Below the pieces are notes generated by a model. The model ran no database searches and had not been told where the DNA came from. It saw only the letters and a program-made list of their open reading frames with translations. From IMG/VR virus record IMGVR_UViG_3300037805_000644, positions 158,940 through 222,939 of that record: 64,000 bases of DNA; one strand, written 5' to 3'. Positions within the stretch are counted from its first letter, which is position 1. Each line of letters begins with the position of its first letter. Below are positions 29,701 through 36,859 of the stretch, piece after piece. The position numbers were made by a program, and so were the translations under genes.

Positions 29701-32700
29701 TCCTCTACGAATGCCCTGAAACACTCGGCGAAATCCTCGCTGGCGTTGGTCTCCGCGTAAGCCGACACGTAAGGTTCGATGCCGTAAACCTTGAAATAAG
29801 CGTCAACACCCCGGGTCTTCTCGTCAAAAGCATGACCCAGCTCGTGGGTGAGGTACGACCGGAGAATAGGGATTGAGGTCTTACGACCTGTGCCCACCAC
29901 CAGGGCCATCACCCCCCGGGACTCCCAGGAGGCGTCCTCCGACCCTCGGCCGACACCAAACCGCACCTTCCTGACCTCTGAGGCCCACAGCTTAGCTGAG
30001 TGGCCCTTGAGAGAACCTGCGGCCCTTGTCCAGGCGTGGATATCGAGGCTCCCCTCGGAGCTGTCCAGATCCAAACCTCGGGTTTGCCAACCCTTGCCGG
30101 TGGCACTTTCAAATGCAGCCAGGGCCTCATAGTGGGTCCGCAGCTTGCGCTCCTGCTTGCGGGGCGTCCTGGGGGTTTTCACCCCCTGGATGAGGCCCAA
30201 CTCCTCAGCCGGCACCTCTGCCCTGCCCAGCCACCCCACCAACTCGACTGTGGTCATCGGCTCCTCACCCATGACCGGGTCACTCATGCGGCGGATCTTC
30301 CGCTGGAGGAGACGCACGGTCGGGCTCGAAGAACCCCACCCTGTCGGGTCGGCCAAGATGGCTTTGATGATAGCCTTGAGGTAAGGCACCGTGACCGGAG
30401 ACCCGATCCCGGCCTGCTTTGTCAGGTCCTTCAACCCGGAACAGTAAGTGGGCACCGCATAAAGGATCTGGTCGTTGTCCTGGAGCTTCACAGGAGCCCT
30501 AGACAACAGGCGCACACCTTTTGCGAAGCTGACCACCTGGGGGTTGCGGAGCACCACATCTTGCTTCCAGACAATTTCCTCGGCGTACCCATACTGGGGC
30601 AGGGTCGCTGTCTGGAACACGATCCCCACCAGCTCATCCCCGGCATCCCACCTCGTGTGGTTGGTCTGGACTCGGGGGCGGTGCTGCCCCCAAACCAGAG
30701 AGACACCACTTACGGCGTCGATCCCCATTTTCTTGTAGGGGGGCCTCATCAGGAGCTTGCCTCCTTGGATGATCTGAACGGCCCTGCTGCGGAGGGTGAA
30801 ATGGATGAACCTGTCTTTCTTGATGTCCATCAAGAAAAACCTATCCCCATACTGCTCTGCCTCCCCACACTCCAACTGCCTCAGGGGGTTGCCTTGATCC
30901 GCGTACTTCTTAGCAGGGGTTGCCTCAAACACCTCCCCATAAGGGGTGAGGATCGAACCTCTCCGCCCTCGGCGAGGGTACACGAGGCCCAGCACAGCCA
31001 GCATCCTATGGCCCTCACCTAGGTGGACAGGGTTCGGGTGTGCCGCTTGCAGCTCCAGCAACAGATTATGCATGTGCCGGGTCAGGCGCGGGGCCACCCT
31101 GGCGGTGAGCAATCCCGCCTGGGGCCCCTTAGGGTTTACCGAAGCCACACGATCACCAATCATCTTGAGGCCCTGAGGGTCGGGGCTGCTGCCGATTTTC
31201 CCCAACCACCGAGAGGCCACCCGGTGGGCCGCACCTTTCACGGGGCCATTGTCGTACACGAGCCCTAGGTGCTTCGGCTGGGCCGAAAGGCGTAGGATGA
31301 CCTCACTCTCGTGTCCGAAAGCACGGCTGTTCAGGGGGGTGTCCGGCACGCCAGGGTGTAGGAACACGTCTCCTCGCTTGACCTCGAAAGCATGTACCTG
31401 TCCCATCATCGGGTGTTCCGTGGTCAGGGAGGCCCCGCCCATCTTGGCGGCCGACTGACCGGGCTTCATGCGGCGGTACATCACCGCAGAGGGCCCGTGA
31501 GCCTTGGTGAAAGCAGCGGACACCGCCTGGTCGAAAGCTCGTTTCAGCGTGGGGTCCATCCCTGCATAGCGGCGGAAAGCCTCGGCCTTCCCCTTAGGGT
31601 CATTATAAAACACCCAGTCGGACAAGCCAGGCCACAGCTCTTCAAGGGCATCGTCCTGGGCACCGCTGGCAGCTTTGGGCACGGGGCCACCCCACACGGC
31701 ATCACCCACCGAGAAAAAGCGACGCTTCAAGGACACCCACACACCATCGGCAGCCATAGGGCTGGTCATGCCCCTGTGCCAGCAATGCTCAGGGACAAGG
31801 GCGCACCCTTGGCTGGCGGCTTTCTGCACCGCCTGGTCATAGAGCGCCTTACCCCAACCCTCACCACGGTGGTCCTCATCCACGTAAGAGCTGGTGACCA
31901 TGTACAGGCCCTTGAGGGAGGGCACCCGGGCACGCAGGTCCTCGACATCCGCTGAGCAATGCTTGGCCCTCTCGAAGGGCAGGCGCTCCATCTTCACCCC
32001 ACCAAGGATGCCTCGCTCATTCACCTCTTCCCCGTAGTCGCTGTACTCCACCACGCGCCCACGGATGAGGAAAAGAAACCCGCCGGCAGAGGACTTCACC
32101 TCGATCTTGGGCATCGCGGCCTTCTTGCTCTGGCTCAGGCTGTCGGACACCTCACCCTTGGAAAGGTACTTGTCTGCCAGACCAGGCACCAGGTACTGAC
32201 TCTTGAGGGTCGCAGGCTCATGGCCTACTGCCGCTGCGGACTCCTTGAGGGCCTGCTCAAACTCTTTCTTGAGCTTTTCCCCACGCTCTTTCTTGTCTGA
32301 GGGCAGCTTCCCGCCCTTGCTGCGGATCGCCTTGAGGCGGCTCTGCATCTCTGAGTTGGCGTGGAAGCCCCGCATGTCCTTGGCGGTGATGCCGAAAGGC
32401 TTGAGGTACGTGTTCACGTCAGAGGCGCCCACGGAACCGGTGAGGCTGTCGTTTGCACCCTTGCCCTCCTTAGCCGCCTTGAGGGCAGAGACCAGGCCCG
32501 CGTCCGTCACGACCTTGTCGTGGGACACGCCTGACTTGCCGACGTACTTGAGGGTCGCCTTGCCTCCTGAGAGGGTCAGGTGCTTGACCTTCCACCCGGT
32601 GACCCCGAAATGCCCGTCCTTGGCAGAGGAGTCGTTACCGATCCGCTCATAGGTCTCATCCATCAGCCCGACCACCAGGGCCTTGAGCCGGGTGCCTTCG

Positions 32701-33773
32701 TCCTTGGACTTGAGATCCTTCTTGACCTGGCTGCGGAGCTTGCCGATGGAGCCACGTAGTTTCTCGACCCGCTTGGCTTTCTCCCGGTTCCTGTGCTGGA
32801 CCTGACCCTCGGTGTACTCGTAAACGGTCGTGGTCCCCTTGCCGTCGGCCTTAGGGACTTCTTTTTTCTTCTGGAACTTGGCAGCGATTCGTGAAATGGC
32901 GCTCATGCTTGCTTCCTTGGCGTCTGCCTTACGGACGAAATTGATGGGGCAGGCTGGGGCCTCTGACGCGTTAGGCTCGTAGTAACCAGCGGCGGCCCCG
33001 AGGATCTTACCCCGATGACCAGCCTGCCGGAACCGGGCGGCCACTGCCTTGATCGTGGTGCCCGTCGTCACGATGTCGTCGATGATGAGCACGTCCTCGT
33101 TGGGGTCGATCCCTGCCACCGCAATAGACTGAATATGATCGTCCAGGGTGACTCCGGGGAGACCCCTCTGCCGGCGCATCCGGGAGGATTCCACGGGGGC
33201 GACTCGGGATGCCGCCGTTTCGGCGCGGGTCCCCACACCTTGGGCCACCAGGGCCTCTGCAAACCTCATCAGAGGGGGGCTTGTGCCCTTGGAGCGAGGG
33301 GCAGGTACCACCACCCCCCGAAACCCCCGCAATGCAGGGTGACTGCTCAGATGGGCTGCACACTTCCGGGCTGCTTTCGGGTCCCCATCCTTGAGTTTCT
33401 GGATCAGGTCTTGAACGCCATCGCAGTCCGGGCTGATGCCTCGGTGGTGCGTGCGGGACAGATACACAAAAGCAGCATACACCGGGACTGACCCCGCCCC
33501 TCGGGTGCGCATCTGAGATGAGACCGTCTGTACCGCTGCGGCTTTCTCAACCTGCTCCAGCTTGTCATAGTAATGAGGGTCCTCCGTCAGGTGGTCCACG
33601 GCCACCTCCCGGGCAATATCCTTGTTGTCCGTGTGCTCCATCTCGACCTTGATCCCTTTCGCCAACTGAGGAGGGTCGAAATCAGAAGGCACGCGATCAT
33701 CGCCGATCCCACCGGGCATCTGGTCCCGGTACCTGGCGGCCACCCTATCCTCTGGGCTCTTAGGACCTTTCAT
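26733..33773 (-). CDS. 2346-aa polyvalent protein: DUF5661, PRTase, topoisomerase IB, GNAT, ART (R-S-E), ART (H-type), zincin, ART (H-type), zincin, helical C-terminal region
   Basis: GIKVEMEHT..DHLTEDPHYY; VLIIDDIVTTGTT; ERIGN/GKSG/KDMR/GHEP..KSQY; VDEDHRGEGWGKALY; MYRR/ASLTT/HESEVIL; FIHFT..IIQGGKL..EEIVW; HELGH..EDFAE; YHAT..SILRKGL; HELTH..EVRA. Confidence 0.85.
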   Translation of the reverse strand: MKGPKSPEDRVAARYRDQMPGGIGDDRVPSDFDPPQLAKGIKVEMEHTDNKDIAREVAVDHLTEDPHYYDKLEQVEKAAAVQTVSSQMRTRGAGSVPVYAAFVYLSRTHHRGISPDCDGVQDLIQKLKDGDPKAARKCAAHLSSHPALRGFRGVVVPAPRSKGTSPPLMRFAEALVAQGVGTRAETAASRVAPVESSRMRRQRGLPGVTLDDHIQSIAVAGIDPNEDVLIIDDIVTTGTTIKAVAARFRQAGHRGKILGAAAGYYEPNASEAPACPINFVRKADAKEASMSAISRIAAKFQKKKEVPKADGKGTTTVYEYTEGQVQHRNREKAKRVEKLRGSIGKLRSQVKKDLKSKDEGTRLKALVVGLMDETYERIGNDSSAKDGHFGVTGWKVKHLTLSGGKATLKYVGKSGVSHDKVVTDAGLVSALKAAKEGKGANDSLTGSVGASDVNTYLKPFGITAKDMRGFHANSEMQSRLKAIRSKGGKLPSDKKERGEKLKKEFEQALKESAAAVGHEPATLKSQYLVPGLADKYLSKGEVSDSLSQSKKAAMPKIEVKSSAGGFLFLIRGRVVEYSDYGEEVNERGILGGVKMERLPFERAKHCSADVEDLRARVPSLKGLYMVTSSYVDEDHRGEGWGKALYDQAVQKAASQGCALVPEHCWHRGMTSPMAADGVWVSLKRRFFSVGDAVWGGPVPKAASGAQDDALEELWPGLSDWVFYNDPKGKAEAFRRYAGMDPTLKRAFDQAVSAAFTKAHGPSAVMYRRMKPGQSAAKMGGASLTTEHPMMGQVHAFEVKRGDVFLHPGVPDTPLNSRAFGHESEVILRLSAQPKHLGLVYDNGPVKGAAHRVASRWLGKIGSSPDPQGLKMIGDRVASVNPKGPQAGLLTARVAPRLTRHMHNLLLELQAAHPNPVHLGEGHRMLAVLGLVYPRRGRRGSILTPYGEVFEATPAKKYADQGNPLRQLECGEAEQYGDRFFLMDIKKDRFIHFTLRSRAVQIIQGGKLLMRPPYKKMGIDAVSGVSLVWGQHRPRVQTNHTRWDAGDELVGIVFQTATLPQYGYAEEIVWKQDVVLRNPQVVSFAKGVRLLSRAPVKLQDNDQILYAVPTYCSGLKDLTKQAGIGSPVTVPYLKAIIKAILADPTGWGSSSPTVRLLQRKIRRMSDPVMGEEPMTTVELVGWLGRAEVPAEELGLIQGVKTPRTPRKQERKLRTHYEALAAFESATGKGWQTRGLDLDSSEGSLDIHAWTRAAGSLKGHSAKLWASEVRKVRFGVGRGSEDASWESRGVMALVVGTGRKTSIPILRSYLTHELGHAFDEKTRGVDAYFKVYGIEPYVSAYAETNASEDFAECFRAFVEEPRRLKQRAPLKYADMAARLGKQVTATKDKGEKEKEEVERMNRKKPSKKPPRQDLRRNKMKVDDPDMAGGGVDQDSDLSLNFKKVAAIEAAGDSLLMSLVGACLPNERTAAAKQAKMPRVQYHATPWDRVPSILRKGLQLPRGSGDVSTFMHGVPSISTADKPEDASIYFPHGALLELRVKPGFKYLKRSPRKMKRGESLVQAVDRWAGEVQAKGAVGFWMEGWQSTVGNQTYDPRALEVVRVVNPDDAPKGRDLASTKQAARPIRLPTREIKALSKKLALQLRQRGLPRPGQVVAQEYLYITNVLGNEIDVEILLTGSPRRHPDPFNNELLHGGFLKRRGEGPLMRVFVNPYLRSFEQRPTRIIEDELYRLLAHELTHAADVWSGKGSAGDLSGSMEDLKRHHHNHPAEVRALMRDVVTQVGDSVQEFMGYGMGFNMAVREALKDSKWPDIEPYLTPRNKQIILKGVHTHLKAQDAAVRVGGWGSATATRIAARVAPDADKKEGDYWQTRNGWGVWPPGAKQPTSATDEPAAKRMAEGNRKSEEEEPDPEAAAEQEKADRGKAREKQRAKHERQLDDFSKVTKDLPRDADRLIRDLDEKGAAALAEAYTAHMSQLREGRFTADGLRAEAFKAANKALKQDLKGLGDRSLEAQAEMLAEYVFARQVVSDPSLVGGVPINDSTKSADQLQSRAEDAFRQFLKAGTELMDVAARKLEDQLSNLDPESDEFIELDAIKSGMVLAASVQGRQLPGADEVSKSFQVLSQALAAQGDHSLLLRGGSEIYGPEGRSRVREALDSLPDADLVEVVASKDTAYGPIGAALLDEGEDNLMGGEQRAFARDLLKMLAVNDMTTMQGFLNSLGGGGDEPEKGAPTTKPEDLAERVRAEKGNDRTLKDAVDKLAGCIAKATTQAELEKCKGGADSLQVTDMCATYAAAEKVTGKAPDKLNPQVARVRHVCETGEVDVLDQKVEAHNDGRKVGPGGKGKGKKS

Positions 33774-36700
33774 ACTGGCTCCACCTTGAGGATCTTGACT
33801 TTGCGGGGATCGAACAGAGCCACCTCAGGGACACCGTCGACAAGGCCAGAGCCGTGGAAAACCACGCAATCATAGCCGTTCTTCCGGGCCTTGCGGGCCT
33901 GCTCTTTGCGGGCGGTGACCAAGACGTTCTGTGCCTTCACCATTACGGTGTACACCTTGGGTCGGTATTTCGCAGAGTCGAGGCCCAAGGTGTCCAGGGA
34001 GTCATAAACGTACTCGGGCAACCCAGTGCCCTGGCTGAACAGGGAGCCCCCAGCGGGGGGCGGCTCAACCTTACTGCCCAGAATGTATCCTGCAATGTCG
34101 TTCAGATCGTTGGGGTCCATGTCGCCCATGAGAGCGTCGATGTCCTCTCCGGTCGTGAGGTTGTTGGTGGCCATCCAGTGGTCCCACCCTTTCCCGTGCC
34201 CCAAGTCGAACATGCTTTGGAGTAGGCTCCCCCCGCCCTTGTTCAGCCTCGCCAGCTCAGCAATGATCGAGACGGGGAACCCAATGTTCCTGTTTGCATC
34301 GGCATACCGGACAGCGACCCGCTTTGAGGGGGTCAGGAAAATGCCCTTGCCGTAAAACTTGGACACCAGGTCATCCCGGGATTGCGCCATGTCGAAGGCC
34401 CGGAACGACCGGGTGGTGCCGTGGTAAAGGATCGTGCCCGCCCCCGACACAAGCCCTTCCAAGCCTTCCTGTTTGAGATCGATATTGGCAACACGGGTCA
34501 GGTACTGACTCGCCACACGGGCGGCGGCCTTTTTCCTGGCGCGGCCCTCGTCAAAGCGAAGCTTGAACAGCCTCACATCTTTCTTCTTGGTCTTGCCGTC
34601 CTTGTCAGGCTCGGTCTCGACCACCACCATCGGGTCACCCTTGGGTCCCTTCTTGAAATCGACGATGTAACCCTTGCTGTTGAGATATTTCCCGGTAAGA
34701 ACGGGGTCACCGAGGTTCAACGTGAACGACTTGGCTACCCGGGCTGCCGCCACTTTCTCATCACGGGACAGCCTCATGAGGGGCTTCCCATAAAGACCCG
34801 ACAGGCTCAGGGCTCGCTGCATCCGAAACTTCCCCATTTCGGACAGGCGTCCGGGAGCTGCCATGAAGGCAACGAAAGACTCCGCGAAATCCTCCCTCTC
34901 GTTGGTCTTGGCATACTCAGTCGGAACCTGGAGGGCTTCGAGAGCCTGGGCCACGGCACTATCATCTTGGGCGTAAGCAGCCACCTGCTCCTTGGTGAGT
35001 GTGGGGTGGGTGAAAGACTCCACCCCTGTTGCACCCAATGTGCTCTTCACCTGGCGAAACACTCGGTCCATTCTTCTCTGATAATCACTTTCCCCCGGGG
35101 AAGTCCCATAATCTTCGGACAGGAGTCTCACAGGATCGGATAGGAGTCGGTGCATGCGCACCCCACGATCTCGGTTCCAGCGGAGTTGTTTCGGCGTAAC
35201 AAAAGGGCCTCCTGCTAGAGGCTCATGCAGCCAGGCGTGGAACTTCATCCTGTCGAGCCCCCGAAGGCGGATACCCCGCAGGTTACCCTCGGATTCCTCC
35301 AACAGGCCCCAGAACCTCATACGTTCCGGGAGGGAGACCCCTCGGATGTCCTTTTCGGTCTGTGCATCGACCTTCTCTGCCTCCTGGACAGGAATCCACC
35401 CGGAGTCCCACTCCTTGCGGGCTTCGGGGTGCATGAGGGTCAGGTGAAAGTGATGACCCACCTCATGGAGAAAGATCTCGTGGATCCACTCCCGGAGCAT
35501 CCGCCCATCCACCCTTCCCGCAGCCGCAGTGAGGAGCTGGATACGCCCCCGGTCGCCATACCACCCGTGAGCAGTCTCTCCCTCAGAGCTGTGTCGGATG
35601 ATGATGGTGTGTACCGTCTCGTGGAGCAGAGGGGTTACACCCCTCTGCTTGAACAGGCCCACCACATAATCCACACCGGATAGGAACTTTCGGATCGTGG
35701 GTTCGGGAAGGCGGTCGGGGTTCTGAACGGAAAAACCCTGGTATTTGAAACGCCGCACTCCCGCCTGCCTGGCAAAGCTATTGAGCTGATCAGCATAAGA
35801 ATCAAGGGCAGTGAGGAGCACCTGAACCCGGTAAGTCAGGGTCACCCCCTCTCCCACCACAAGGCTGGTGTGGAATTTGACAGACTTGAAAAGGTCTCCT
35901 GCCGCATCCCGAACACGCCTACGGATGCTGTAATCGATGGCATCCCGTCCAAGGGATCGAAGAACCCAGCCGCCAAAAGGCCGCCCAAAATGCAGGGGGT
36001 GTGCTCCAGGCTGGCTGAGGGCGTGGGGGAACCCATCCTCTTGCAGTTTCTCCCGCAGCTTTCCCTCAGGGACGCGGCTCAGGCCCTTGAACCGTGCGTG
36101 AATCTTACTGAAAGCAACCAGCTCTTTGGAGATCTCTTTCCAATCAGCATCCGCCTGTGCCGGACCTTTCCAGACATAGCGAAGAGCCTCCCGTGCCACC
36201 TTTGCCGATCCAGCCTTGAGCTTGTGGGTCTTGGGCATCCCCCAGATCTCGATCTCGTCGAAAGTCCAGCTCCCCGTGGGGGTGACGCCACCGAACTCAG
36301 CCTCCAGGCCATCCAGGTAATCCAGGGTGGTGTGGGGGCGGTAAACCGTATAGCTGTCCCCTACCTCAATGCCCAAGTCTTGTACGGCGCTCTTGAGGCG
36401 GTCCCGCAGCTCTGCCATCCGGTGGCTGAACCGGATAGGCAGGATGGCCACACGACGCTCTTCGGCCGGGTGGGTGAAGTAATCGAGACCTTCAAGGTTC
36501 GCAGTGACCGGCTCACGCAGCTCCTCCGACACCACCCGCTGACAGGTGGAGACGAACTCAGCCTCCCTGCCCTTGACGTTCCCGACATAGAGCAGCGTGA
36601 TGTGGGGCGGCGACTTATCGTTGCCGGATTGCTTCTTGGGAAACTGATCGGCCAGGTGGCGGGGGAGAGGGATGAACAGACCTGTCCACTCGGTGGAGTC

Positions 36701-36808
36701 ACCGGTGGTCTTGCCGTCACTGGGTCCGGCGGACCTGTCCGCCCAGGCCGCAGCTACCTGCTTGACCGCCAAACGCCTTACCTGTGCTCGAAGGATGGGG
36801 TGATCCAC
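33770..36808 (-). CDS. 1012-aa polyvalent protein: 2H phosphoesterase, zincin, SH3-like barrel, ART-PolyVal-like
   Basis: PHITLLY and YRPHTTLDY; HEVGH...YAKTNEREDFAE; GDPVLTGKY..KGYI; LYHGT..F..F, GKGIFLT, GYDCV, EVALFDP. ATGA overlap with the 2346-aa gene. Confidence 0.85.
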   Translation of the reverse strand: MDHPILRAQVRRLAVKQVAAAWADRSAGPSDGKTTGDSTEWTGLFIPLPRHLADQFPKKQSGNDKSPPHITLLYVGNVKGREAEFVSTCQRVVSEELREPVTANLEGLDYFTHPAEERRVAILPIRFSHRMAELRDRLKSAVQDLGIEVGDSYTVYRPHTTLDYLDGLEAEFGGVTPTGSWTFDEIEIWGMPKTHKLKAGSAKVAREALRYVWKGPAQADADWKEISKELVAFSKIHARFKGLSRVPEGKLREKLQEDGFPHALSQPGAHPLHFGRPFGGWVLRSLGRDAIDYSIRRRVRDAAGDLFKSVKFHTSLVVGEGVTLTYRVQVLLTALDSYADQLNSFARQAGVRRFKYQGFSVQNPDRLPEPTIRKFLSGVDYVVGLFKQRGVTPLLHETVHTIIIRHSSEGETAHGWYGDRGRIQLLTAAAGRVDGRMLREWIHEIFLHEVGHHFHLTLMHPEARKEWDSGWIPVQEAEKVDAQTEKDIRGVSLPERMRFWGLLEESEGNLRGIRLRGLDRMKFHAWLHEPLAGGPFVTPKQLRWNRDRGVRMHRLLSDPVRLLSEDYGTSPGESDYQRRMDRVFRQVKSTLGATGVESFTHPTLTKEQVAAYAQDDSAVAQALEALQVPTEYAKTNEREDFAESFVAFMAAPGRLSEMGKFRMQRALSLSGLYGKPLMRLSRDEKVAAARVAKSFTLNLGDPVLTGKYLNSKGYIVDFKKGPKGDPMVVVETEPDKDGKTKKKDVRLFKLRFDEGRARKKAAARVASQYLTRVANIDLKQEGLEGLVSGAGTILYHGTTRSFRAFDMAQSRDDLVSKFYGKGIFLTPSKRVAVRYADANRNIGFPVSIIAELARLNKGGGSLLQSMFDLGHGKGWDHWMATNNLTTGEDIDALMGDMDPNDLNDIAGYILGSKVEPPPAGGSLFSQGTGLPEYVYDSLDTLGLDSAKYRPKVYTVMVKAQNVLVTARKEQARKARKNGYDCVVFHGSGLVDGVPEVALFDPRKVKILKVEPV

Positions 36809-36845
36809 CGGGTGTGCTCCTACAGCCTATACCCTCAACGGGGGT

Positions 36846-36859
36846 ATAGGCTGATCACA
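36846..36859 (-). promoter_or_regulatory. putative late promoter motif within an inverted repeat
   Basis: Minus strand TGT-gatca-GCCTAT, about 38 nt upstream of 36808; part of the CAGCCTATACCC/GGGTATAGGCTG inverted repeat (36823-36853). Confidence 0.55.
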
